A stretch of DNA of 64,000 nt from assembly GCA_951406725.2 (NCBI GenBank), contig OX597818.1, positions 22,444,001 through 22,508,000 of the forward strand, written 5' to 3'. Below are positions 52,156 to 64,000 of this stretch, in pieces. The translations under genes and the position numbers were made by a program. The notes under the pieces are model-generated. The model ran no database searches. It was given only the letters and a program-made list of their open reading frames with translations, and was not told where the DNA came from. Source of the stretch: Octopus vulgaris (Eukaryota). Numbering within the stretch: the stretch's first letter is position 1; every line of letters starts with the position of its first letter.

Positions 52156-52582
52156 AGGTGGCGAGCTGGCAAAAACGTTAGTACGCCAGGCAAAATGCTT
52201 AGCAGTATTTCATCTACTGTTATGTTCTGAGTTCAAATTCCGCTGAGGTCGACTTTGCCTTTCATCCTTTCGGGGTCGATAAATTAAGTACCAGTTACGC
52301 ACTGGGGTCGATATAATCAACTTAATCTGTTTGTCCTCTCTGTGTTTAACCCCTTGTGGGTAGTAAAGAAATAGGTATTTCATCTACCGTTACGTTCTGA
52401 GTTCAAATTCCGCCAAGGTTGACTTTGCCTTTCATCCTTTGGGGTCGATTAAATAAGTACCAGTTACGCACTGGGATCGATATAATCGACTTAATCCATT
52501 TGTCTGTCCTTGTTTGTTCTCTCTGTGTTTAGCTCCTTGTGGGTAGTAAAGAAATCGGTATTTCGTCTACCGCTACATTCTG
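52156..52582 (+). mobile_element. Family C SINE as a head-to-tail multimer, nested inside a family A SINE
   Basis: The body restarts at 52205, 52375 and 52558. The family A head lies at ~52005-52150 and its tail at ~52680-52880. Confidence 0.82.
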
Positions 52583-53204
52583 CAGAAACAAATGTTGTGA
52601 CCTATTATTAAAGCCTGGTAGCCTTCATCCTAGTATTTTATACACACACACATGTACGTGTGTGTGTGTGTGCGTGTGCGTAGTTGTGTTTGTCCCCCAT
52701 GCACTACTTGACATCCAATGGCATCCACCTAACTTCATGGTTTAGAAAAAGGCTGATAGAATAAGTATCAGACCAGACCGAACAAAAAGAAAGTAAAAAA
52801 CAGGATTTGTTTGGCTAAACGCTTTAAGGTGGTACCTCAGCATGGTCGTAGTCCAATAACTGAAACAAGTAGAAGATAAGAGACAGACCTGCCACTACCA
52901 CCAGCACCAGCACCACCACCACCAACAACAGAACATAATACTGGTTTCAAATTTTGGCACAAGGCCAGTAATTTTGGGGATGAGTAAGTCGATTACATTG
53001 AACCCCAGTGGTCAACTGGTGCTTGTTTTATCGACCCATAAGAGAGCATAAACATAAATAACACACAACCACCTCTAATAAATCACCACCATCACTACCA
53101 CCACCATTACTACAAATACTGAAATTTTAAAAAATATAAAAAACAGCATCAGCACTATAAAAAAAAAAGATGGTCTTCTCCACCTCATAGACAGCACAAA
53201 AAGA

Positions 53205-53345
53205 ACACACCACCACCACCACCACCAACACCTTATAGACATCCCTCCATCACCACTGCTACCAGAAACCACCACCACTACTACTACTACCACCACCACC
53301 ACCAACACCACTACTACTACTACTACTACCACCACCACCACCACC

Positions 53346-53383
<38 letters not shown>

Positions 53384-53500
53384 CATCACCATCACCACCA
53401 AATCCATTGCTACCACCCTCTCCACAACCATCTCCACCACTTGATTCACCAACGCTACCCCCACCCCATCCACCGCTACCCCACACCCCATCCACCACTA
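53205..53500. repeat. (CAC)n/(TAC)n trinucleotide region
   Basis: Read directly; similar triplet tracts at 21360-21545, 38785-38970, 51140-51365 and 59870-60270. Confidence 0.9.
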
Positions 53501-54569
53501 CCAGCAAACAATATCATCAGTCGCCTGCATGTCTGAAGTTACATAATGCAATATCAAAAGAAAGCAATCAGGTAATACTTGTTGGGGGGGTCATGGTGGT
53601 GGTGGCGGTGGTAGTGGTGGCAGAATCAAGGAAGTGGTGTTAGGTAGCATGATGGAGATTATAGTGGTGTTATATTTATTTTCTTCTTTTAGTGATGGCA
53701 GTAGCAGTGGTGTTGGTGGCTGTGAAACTCAATGGAGGATATAATACAAATGATACAACATCAGCAGTGACGCCACGACCATGTTTTTACAGTCCTTACA
53801 TGTGTGTGTGTATATATGTATGCATGTATGTATGTATGATGTATGTATGTATGTATGTATGTATGTATGTATGTATGTGTGTATGTATTTATATATACAT
53901 ATATATATGTACATATATACATATGCATATATATGTATATGTAAATATATAAACATATATATATGTATATACATAGAAACACACACACATACATACCTGT
54001 ATATATATATCACCATTTAATGATGATATACATGTATGTACGTATATATGCTCACACACACACACACACATATGTGAGTATGAACGCAAGCATGCTTAAT
54101 TCAAGTAAATAACTGTAAAATTTTTAAAATATAACAAAAACAAGAACAGAAAAGACAGATAATCAAAAACCCCTGAAAACATCATAATTACATCAGAAAA
54201 TCTCAAATACAGTTTAGGGGATGCCAAAGTTGTAAGGATGGTTCCACGCTACATTTGAAACCAATCTGATTCGATGTAACAGAAGAAAGAAGGAAAGGAG
54301 GAAAGAAGTAGAAGAAAACATTAGCTGAGAAAGCAATCTTGTAAATATAGTTATTGTGAAAGTTTCCTGGTATCATTATTATAGATTCTAAGAGCAAGAT
54401 CTAATCAAAAGCCATGTTGGTCGGTGCTATTGAGAAGGGAGGGGGAACACATGTGGTGGAAACATTATAAGAACCACCCATTCCATCTGTAGCAGCACCT
54501 TTCACAATTTCAGTTAATTTCTTCTCTAAAAGGTGGGAAAATCAGTTAAAAAAAAAAGCAACAAAAAAG

Positions 54570-54990
54570 TAGCTGTTTGGTAAGAAGCTTGCTTCCCAAT
54601 TACATGGTTCCAGGTTCAGTCCCACTGCGTGGCACCTTGGGCAAGTGTCTTCTACTATAGTCTTCAGCTAACCAAAGCCTTGTGAGTTGATTTGGTAGAT
54701 GGAAACTAAAAGCCCATTGTATATATATCTATGTGTGTGTGTCTTTGTGTCTGTGTTTGTTCCCCCATCATCACTTGACAACTGGTGTTGGTGTGTTTAC
54801 ATCCCCATAACTTAGTAATTCAGTAAAAGGTGTTTACATCCCCATAACTTAGTGGTTCAGTAAAAGAGACTGATAGAATAAGTGCCAAGCTTAAAAAGTA
54901 AGTACTGGTGTCGTTGATTCATTTGACTAAAAATTCAGTCTAGTGACCCAGCATGACTGCATTCTAATGACTGAAACAAGTAAAAGATAA
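54570..54990 (+). mobile_element. SINE family A with an internal ~39-bp tandem duplication
   Basis: gtgtttacatccccataacttagt..ttcagtaaaag occurs twice (54793-54867). Confidence 0.8.
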
Positions 54991-56749
54991 AAAAAACTTA
55001 ACTGTGGTGGGCAAAATACTTTTGCAGTATTTAGTTACATTTCTATACTGATTTGTTTTCAAATCTCACCATGGTGTTAGCTTTACTTCCAACATAATTC
55101 CACCTCCAGAGTTGATGATATGGACTAGCTAGGAAACTTCTACAGTGTTGATTCTCAACCAGGGACAAATTCATTTCTTTGCAGGGAGCGGGAGTGGGGG
55201 TAAATTTACATGTTAGGAACTTAAATACATCATACCTGAAAATTAAGCAAGCCCTTTTGCTACAAACCTATCTAAGACTGTCCTTGGTCCTATGATGCAT
55301 TCTATGATACAAAATTCCTGTTTTAAAGTGACCATCACCATCATCCTCATCATCAACAATATTTAATAGTGTGTTTACGTCCCTGTAACTTAGCAGTTTG
55401 GCAAAAAGAGACTGATAGAATAGGTACTAGGCTTACAAAGAATAAGTCCTGGGGGTTGATTGACTGAAACAAGTAAAAGAGTGTAAGAGAATGTAGTCCT
55501 ACATGCACTATATCAGGAGAATGGTCATGGGTGGAACATCTTTGATGATAAGTTTGCTAGTTTCCTTAAATTCCAAATTTTACCTTTACTCAATCTGGGG
55601 ATAAACAACAGCAGAAACTACCTATCTAGAGAGCCTGCTAACCTGCTTGAAAAACAACCGATTCTCCCTTATATTGCACCCAACCATAGTTAGAAACAAA
55701 ACAACCCCTTCCCCTGGATGGTCGGAACTGGAATAATATTGATCATAGACTTACTTGATCAGAGCTAGCCTAGAGCTAAAAACAACAATACACATGATTA
55801 TCCAAGACTATAACTGCTTCGCAGTCAGTCTACTTGCTAAAATAGCAGCCAAATCTACTGCAAGTCATACCCTTCATGTCTTAGAAAAAGAAGGATATAC
55901 TGAATATGGTAGCTCTAGATTTATTGTCTGAATAAAAAAGAAAAAGAAGATGGAGATTATTATAAGTAGAACATGTCTGGTTGATACAGGGTTGAGCTTT
56001 TAGCATTTGTTTGATATGGAAGAAGAAGCTGAACCTGTGGTCTTTTAAGACATTCTCCTGAGACCCATAAGATCAGTGCATCAATGGTCCTTTTGAACAG
56101 CTGCAAGTCAACAACAACAAATAAAACACAACTGGGGACTAAACAACAGCAAAGTACTAATGAAGAAGAACTAGGGTCAATCCATCCATCTATTCATCAT
56201 AAAAATGTTTATCTTTATGCTAAATTTAGTAAAAACTATAATTTGCAGTTAAGACAAGATCAAATCAAAAGTGTGGTACCATTAACCAAGTATCTTCTAC
56301 ACTAGTCATGAGTTGAGCAAAGTCTTCCAAGTAAAATTTGGTAGGGAGAAACTGAGTGGAAGCATGGTGGAAGAACTGTTCCTATTCTTGGGTGATATAT
56401 TTTAATTTGATGTTGGGGAGTGAGGAAGCATTTACAATTTCTTTTTATGCAACTTCTACCTGAACTGATTTCGATAACTCCTGTATTAAATATATTCTCC
56501 AACCTTTCTCCTGAAATTACATCCTCAGTTGTATGTCTCTAGATTCCATTCCTGCCCATGACTCTTTCCAGTTACTGAACATCTGTCATATTAATACCTA
56601 ACCTCTAATCCACGTGGAGCCTGAAAGGTTCTCATGGGCAATGCTATCTCTCTTCTTATTCAGGAAAATACATTTTGAGGTAGTATGATAGAGTAGAAAT
56701 ACAATACAGGAATTTTATAACATTAGACTGAAATAACACATTGCCATAG

Positions 56750-57060
56750 AAACAGTTTACTACAACAATACTAGTTGGCTACATTAGCTTTAGTTTCAGT
56801 TTGTAACAAAGGGAGCTTCATTTTATTTGTTATTTGTATTTTAGTTCACTATACTATTTACAACTGAAGTTTGTTACAAGGATTTTAGATTCAGTCTGCA
56901 ACAATAGTTTGGTTTTAGTTTGCAAGAATAGTTTTAGCATTAGTTTGCATCAATAGTTTTTGTTTAAGTTTGCTACTATAGTTTTAAATTTAGTTTGCTT
57001 TTATATCAAATTACAAGAAATTCCAGTTTGCTACAACAATTTCAATTTGTTTGCTATAAA
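56750..57060. repeat. Degenerate ~25-bp minisatellite
   Basis: Recurring agtttgcaacaatagtttt-like units. Confidence 0.6.
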
Positions 57061-57419
57061 GCTTCAGTTTCTCTGGACAATTTTACCTCACCTTCAATAC
57101 TTACATTTTTAATACGACATTTTAGATTGAAAAATCATGCGATCATCTTGAAATGTTATGCTTCTATATTTGCATATAAATGTACTTTGTTTGACATGGT
57201 CTGAACACAAAATTATAGCATGATTGCCTATTGTGTGTGTGTATGTGTGTGTATATTTGTGTGTGTGTATGTTTGTGTCTCTTTGTTTTAATGTAATGTG
57301 ATTATTGTAGCTAGGTCTGTGGAATTAAAACCTATGATCTTCATCATGCATAATGTTATTAATCAACTTTGCTTTTATGCAGGTATCATGTAGGTTAGAA
57401 ATTGAGGATAACAGGTCCA

Positions 57420-57790
57420 GGTGTGGCACCTTGGATATATGTCTTCTACTATAGCCCCAGGCCAACCAAAGCCTTGTGAGTAGATTTAGTTGACAGAAAC
57501 TGAAAGAAGTGCACCGTGTGTGTGTGTGTGTGTGTGCGTTGACATCACATCATAATTGTAAAATGATTATCACTATCATACAAGCAGTACCATTCATTTC
57601 CATTATTCTGCAAGAACATGTCTGGCCCGTAGAGAAATATTATCTTACTTAGGTGAGGGTTGGTAACAGGAAAGGCATCTGGTTGTGGAAAATCTGCCTC
57701 AAATAAACTCTATCTGACCCATGCAATCATGAAAAAGTGGACATTAAAATGATGCTGAGGATGAGGATGATGATGAGGAGGATGATGATG
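57420..57790 (+). mobile_element. SINE 'family A2': family A head with an RTE-type 3' tail and (GAT)n
   Basis: The family A 5' half is followed by gggttggtaacaggaaaggcatc...cccatgcaatcatgaaaaagtggacattaaaatgatg, matching the RTE 3' UTR at 5565-5716. Relatives at ~19520-19910, 26310-26610, 36330-36720, 42505-42940 and 58725-59130. Confidence 0.75.
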
Positions 57791-60076
57791 ATGACCCATG
57801 CAATTGTGGAAAATTGGACATTAAAATGATGCTGAGGATGATGATGATGATGATGAGGAGGATGGTGATGATGAGGATGAAGATGCGGATGATGATAATG
57901 AGGAGGATGATTATGTTGATGATGAGGATGATGGTTTTATCTATATTACTGGATTCAAATTTTAAGACAAGGACAGCAATTTTGAGAGAGGGATAAGTTT
58001 ATTACATTGACCCAGTGTTCAATTGGTACTTATTTTATTGACCCTGAAAGGATGAAAGGCAAAGCTGACCCCAGTGACATTTAAATTCAGAACATAAAGA
58101 TGAATGAAATGCTGTTAAGCATTTTACTGGACAGGCTAACATTCCAGCCAGTTTGCCACCTTACATGTTAATATTACCATGTTACAGTACAACTATATTG
58201 GTAACACTTTTAAAATACCTTAATATACTGTACTACCTCCTTATTTCCATAGCAAAAGTACAAGCGGTAGTATTTAAACCTACAAACCTAATGAACAATG
58301 AAAAATGCCCTACTGAGCTGTTGATTCTAAGAAAAAATATATCAGTAATATATATATTTCACACTTAATTTAAAACATTTACTTATGCATGAGTTGTCTT
58401 ACAAATAACATAAATAATATAAATGCTATGTTTATAACAGATTGCCTTCAATTTTGTTTGGTAGATTAGCAGTCAGTTGCCTCATGAATAATATAAATGG
58501 TGTGTTTTTTTATTCCATTCCATAATTACGATGTTTCTTTAAAGTGTTACATACATAAACAGTAACAGAATAACATAAATATTAATGTTCATTTACATAC
58601 ATCTGTACGTATATATATTTGCATTATATCCCTGTATGTCTATGTCTATACATGCATATATATATTGTGTGTGTGTGAGAGTGTATATGTATACTCACAC
58701 ACATACAAGCACATGCAGTTGTAAACATGGCTGTGTGGTGGTGAGGTTTACTCCTCAATCATATGGTTTTGAGTTCAATCCCTCTATGTGACACCTTAAC
58801 CCCGAGAAGATCAAAGCCTTGTGAATGGACCTGATAGCTTAAACTGAAAGACGCCTATTGTATGCAGGTCTATTGTGTGTGTGTGTGTGCATGTTAGTCT
58901 TAATGTAATGTGATTGTTGTAAATGAGTGTCACTGTTATACAAGCAGTATCATTCATTTCCAAATAGTCTGCAAAAATATGCCTGGCAGTGGGGCATTAT
59001 TAACCTTGCTTGGAAACTAGTATGGGTTGGTTACAAGAACAGAATCCAGTCACACAAAATCTGCCTCAGTAAACTCTGTCTGACACATGCAAGCATGGAA
59101 AAATGGACATTAAAATGGTGATGATGACAATGATGCTGAATTTGAGTGCAATGTCTTTGACCATTGGCCTTCTTGATGTCCCTCAAATTACATCCAAATG
59201 TCTTAAGAAAACTGAAAGAAATACTGAACAAAGTAGCCCTATTTCTTAAAAAAAAAAAAAAAAGACAAGATGGTCCAGGCTGGAATGCTTTTGATTAGCA
59301 GTCTGCTCAATGACAGCAAAATCGACAATAATAATATTTGCAAAAACAACAACAATGTTTGCTACTATCACTATTACCATACTACTGGTTAAATTACCAT
59401 ATTTAGGGTGTCTCTAAGTGGACACTCCAACTGCTAGAAATAGCAGCCAAATCTTCCTAATATCACAGCCTACCATCTAAAACAGAAGGACATGTTGCAT
59501 AATATAATCCTGGATATACACAACGTGTGATTAAAGTCTTGTACTTTATCAACATTTTCTGTTGAACCACTAAGTTACAGGAACATAAACAAACTAACAT
59601 CAGTTGTCAAACAAAAACACAAAGACACATACATATATAAGTACACACACACATACACACACCACATACATGATGGGCTTCTTTCAGTTTCTGTCTACCA
59701 GATCCATTCATGAGGCTTTGATTGGTCCAGGGCTAAAGCAGAGAACACTTGCCCAAGGTACTACAGAGTGGGACTGAACCAGAAACCATGTAGTTGGAAA
59801 GCAAACTTCTCAATTGCACAGCCAAGCCTATGCCTATTTCACTAATTGCATTATTTTCACCATTGCATCTACTACAACCACCACTACCAACACTACAACA
59901 GACACCACTAGCAACAAAAACAACGCCAATACTACTACTACTACTACTACAACCACCACCACCACCACAATTATCATGTCCAACTATCTCAACACTATCA
60001 CTGCACCACCACCACCATCACCGCCGCCGCCGCCACCACCACCAGCACCACCACAACAACAACAACAACAACAACT

Positions 60077-60107
<31 letters not shown>

Positions 60108-60569
60108 AACTATCATATTCTACCATTCTAACACTCATTTCTACAACATACCTAATACTTTCACCACTACACTACAATGACACCACCACTGCAACTATTA
60201 CCATCACCACCACCACCAACAACAACAACAAAACGACAAAACTATTTCTAACAACAACAACAATAACCAACAATGTCAGATTCCTTTTGAAGTCTTTGTA
60301 GTGATGATGGCTTTTGTTTGGCTTCAGATTGGGACATCTCTGTAATGAAGAGGGTGGGTGGTATCAGCAATGCTGAACAAAGGACAAAGAGGTAGAAAGA
60401 GAGAGAGAGAGAGAATACAGACGGGATGGGATGGGAGTATGTGAATAGAAAAGGAGAGAGAACAGTTTCAAGGTTAGTGTGGATAGAGATAGCTTCTTGA
60501 GAGAGAGATGAAGAGAGAGATTGGAAAAGTAGAGATGAGAACAATAGAGAAGTGAATAAATTATTGAGA

Positions 60570-60598
60570 GGAGGAGAGAAAGAGATAGATATACAGCT

Positions 60599-60647
<49 letters not shown>

Positions 60648-60900
60648 GAAAGAGAGAGTGAGAGAGAAAGAGAGAGAGAGAGAGAGAACAGTTGAAATGA
60701 AGGAAGAGCAAGTGTGTATGAATGTGTATATAAAAAAGGAGAAAGGACTTTTGAGAGAGAGAGAGAGAGAGATAAAAAGGGGAGTGAAAGAGAGAGAGAG
60801 AGATAGAGATAAAAGGAGAGTGAAAGAGAGAGAGAGAGAGAGATAAAAGTGGAGTGAAAGAGAGAGAGAGATAAAAAAGGAGAGAAGGGGGGGAGATAGA
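60570..60900. repeat. (GA)n-rich polypurine region with higher-order repeats
   Basis: (GA)n blocks alternate with ataaaaggRgagtgaaa units. Confidence 0.9.
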
Positions 60901-61492
60901 AAAACTGGAAAGGAAAATAAGCAATATAAGGTGTGCGTGTGTGTGACGTGTGAATATCTTGTTTAGGTTGTTTAGTCCCAGGTTAACTGGGGTAGTCTAT
61001 ATTTGATACTATGTACATACATGAATACATTATCTAATATGTTCTTTCCTTTTTAAGACAGCAGGACACAATCTGAGGGAAATATGACTGCTATTTCTTC
61101 TAGGTTAAACAACCACATAAAGGCTGCTCTAGGTTGGTTACTGGTTCTACTTGACAACAATACAATCTCAAATACAAAGCAACCCTCAATTTCTTTTGCA
61201 TTCAGAAATTAATGTCTTTTTTATTATTATTTTGTTTCTTATATCCCAGTGTAATATCACCCCTACTCCAATTGTAGTTTCAATATAATAGTTTCAATTC
61301 CAGAGTGAAGCAATTCCACTCCACTTTGACTTAATCCGTCATTCAGTTTAACATCACCTGGTCTTGGGTGCCTTTATTTGTAAAGGTCACAATAGAGCAA
61401 GTAATTCCCTTTCTTCTACCCATCAGTTTTAAATGTATGTAATGCAAAATCAAAATGGAAATTAAAATGATTATTAGAATAGGACAAAGAGT

Positions 61493-61891
61493 GGATCTTT
61501 TCGGTTTGAACGGCAGTTTTTTTTAGCGGTGTCATATGAAATTGTCACCCATAATTATGACCCTAGTATCGATCTATTGTATTTCAATCTGTTTTAGGGT
61601 TAGGGCTAGGGTTGGGTATCTTTTTTTCTTCAGAAATGTAAATAAACCCAATGTTTCTTAAACGAGGGACACATTCATACGGCACAGAATGTTTTCACCT
61701 CAATAGACGTCATTGATTGGTTGAAATTGCAGAAAAAAACGCAACAAATATCTTACAAACTATAGAATTTTCTCAATAAAGCCAAGAGAAAAAGATGTTT
61801 TATAAACACATTCTACCAGTATACGAAGTTTAAAAGTGTTTAGTTACGTGGAAATTATTTTTAAAAACTGCCGTTCAAACCGAAAAGATCC
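61493..61891. mobile_element. MITE with perfect 29-bp TIRs and an 8-bp TSD (Merlin-like termini)
   Basis: GGATCTTTTCGGTTTGAACGGCAGTTTTT / AAAAACTGCCGTTCAAACCGAAAAGATCC; TSD CAAAGAGT at 61485-61492 and 61892-61899. Confidence 0.9.
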
Positions 61892-62367
61892 CAAAGAGTA
61901 AACACGGAAAGCCTCTCATCGGCTATAGAGACCAGACTCAAGTGTAATTTCAGTCCTTTTAAAGTTCAAAGACTTTAAATTCTACTGATATGGTTAGGTC
62001 AGTGATATACTGAATATCACTGAGGTGATGGACGAACAAGGACTAAAAGTGAAGAACAACATACAGGTAGGACAGAAAATTATGGACAGAAGCAATTTAA
62101 ATAGTAACAGAAATTATACACACATGCAAGTGTGTGCATATATGCTTATGCATGAGTTTGACTTAGCATGTTCATGCATTTATACGGGATTGGGAGGTAG
62201 AATTGTGTTTATACCAGCTCACTCCTTGTGGAAACATATAAAAAACGGTGTGTGGGGGATATTTGGTTGTATAGTACCTTTTCAATAAGACTCATCTAAC
62301 CCATGCTGGCATGGAAAAATTGGATGTAAAAATGATGATGATGATGATGATGGTAATATAGATATGT

Positions 62368-62599
62368 ATTTCTTTACTACCCACAAGGGGCTAAACACAG
62401 AGGGGACAAACAAGGACAGACAAACTGATTAAGTCGATTACATCGACCCCAGTGCGTAACTGGTATTTAATTTATCGACCCAGAAAGGATGAAAGGCAAA
62501 GTCAACCTCGGCGGAATTTGAACTCAGAACGTAACAGCAGACGGAATACGGCTACGCATTTCGCCCGGCGTGATAACGTTTCTGCCAGCTCGCCGCCCT
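62368..62599 (-). mobile_element. tRNA-derived SINE 'family C', full-length and CpG-rich (young)
   Basis: Minus strand ggcggcgagctggcagaaacgtta...gagttcaaattccgccgagg...gggtagtaaagaaata. Related copies at ~7200-7332, 8020-8220, 23195-23404, 25186-25382, 25437-25600, 31660-31860, 34803-35010 and 57950-58160. Confidence 0.85.
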
Positions 62600-62613
62600 T
62601 AGATATGAGTTTA

Positions 62614-63412
62614 CTAGCAGCATAGCCCGGCGTTGCCCGGGTATGTAAGAGCCCCTAGTAGGCAACGACTAATCCCAATCTAGTCCTTTCCCTCTAGGGA
62701 ACGAAGGCGCATGTGTAGGTTGCAATGTCTTCTCTTCACTCCTAAATAACTATCAAACAGCTATCGATAATTCAACCCAACCAATTCCTACCAGGAAGAA
62801 ATAACATTCGAGACTTTACCCCCAACACCGCCACTTCTGCTAATAGCTGCTGCAGCCGCAAGTTATTCGAATACTTTTTTTGTTTACACTTTCTTTATAA
62901 CTACCACCCCAAACGTTTTACCTTAAATTTTTGATGTACCCTAAGGGTCCTCGGACGCTACTTGCAAACTGTTGGTTTATTATAAACCGCTTTTGTCGTG
63001 TGCATCAAAAAACCTTTTCCATTCGTTTGTTCAGTTTGGTCACTTTTGACTTTTTCGTTGTTGTCACTCACATTGCTGCCCGCTTTTTTGCCGGTTTTGT
63101 ACATTTTTAAACATTTTGGGATACTTACCCCACGTGTTCCGAGAGTTAAAAAGGTCGAGTCGCGTCCCCTAAACAGTCTGTAGAAAATGTGTTGCATATA
63201 AAAAGTTTAGATTCTCGATCCATGTCGAATTTATCGATTTTTTTTCAGAACTGGGGGAACTTTTCAAAATTTTCGCTGCGTTAGTTTTGAATTATGACAT
63301 TGGGCTACATGTGTGTCAAGTTTCACCAGAATCGGTTGAAAGCAGTGGTCAGGGTGAGGGTACAACCTGACAGACACACAGACAGACAAACTGCCGTTTA
63401 TATATAGAGAGA
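62614..63412 (-). mobile_element. Non-autonomous Helitron
   Basis: Minus strand A|TCTCTCTATATATAAA...CTAG|T, with a GC hairpin CCCGG-n6-CCGGG (62626-62641) ~8 nt from CTAG, a (CTGT)n block near the 5' end and no TSD. Confidence 0.85.
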
Positions 63413-63882
63413 TGTTTGTGCTTGCATCAGGTTGTTAGTCATTACATTAAAAAGTAACCAACCAAGCCATTTATTAAAGAGATTTTGATGAAACATACTG
63501 GACTGAAATATAACTAGTGGAGCTTTATAAAATCAACTAAATCTATCGAAAGCAGTGCTCCAGCATGGCCAGAGCCCAGTGACTGAAACCGATAAAAGGA
63601 TTATAGAATGTAATCCTAGATATACCATGCCCGAATGAAAGAGAGGATGGCATCAAATGTAACTTTGCTCATAGGTTTACTTGATCAAGACAGACCTAGG
63701 GCTAAATAGCACCAACACTAAATTAAACGTCCTTTATTCACACAAACTTTGTCCAGTTTACACATCACATATCCAAACACACATACATAACCCATTTCCT
63801 TTACAAATACAGTACCCTTGCCCTACTAGAAACAGCAGCTAAATCTCACATGAATTATGAATGTAATATGTGTGAGAGTGTC

Positions 63883-64000
63883 TCTCTTTTACTCGTTTCA
63901 GTCATTTGACTGCGGCCATGCTGGAGCACCGCCTTTAATCGAGCAACTTGACCCCGGGACTTATTCTTTTGTAAGCCCAGTACTTATTCTATCGGTCTCT
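63883..64000 (-). mobile_element. SINE family A 3' end, running off the window
   Basis: ttttactcgtttcagtcatttgactgcggccatgctggagcaccgcc matches the family A tail. Confidence 0.8.

Overview
This is AT-rich, repeat-dense animal genomic DNA. The SINE and microsatellite landscape suggests an octopus or other coleoid cephalopod (inference). One host gene is recognisable: the 5' part of a plexin on the minus strand. Four coding exons with GT-AG junctions and compatible phases can be read (18887-17823, 6996-6814, 6466-6338, 775-675), encoding a signal peptide, the Sema domain and the start of the first PSI domain. The gene continues beyond position 1, and its non-coding first exon lies unrecognised above 18911 or outside the window. 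The rest is intron or upstream DNA filled with mobile elements: a young 5'-truncated RTE LINE with an open RT frame and a PHD-type zinc finger inside the RT, two decayed mariners, a Tc1 fragment, R4/Dong-like fragments in (AAT)n tracts, a decayed Penelope-like element, a non-autonomous Helitron, hAT, piggyBac and Merlin-type MITEs with visible TSDs, several SINE families and many microsatellites. Most ORFs in the supplied track are repeat artefacts. The leads most worth following are the PHD-bearing RT and the SINEs sharing its tail, hammerhead-ribozyme-like foldbacks in (AT)n tracts, and an (AAT)n tract repeatedly hit by co-oriented retroposons. Repeat boundaries were read by eye and are approximate unless a TSD or splice site is quoted.
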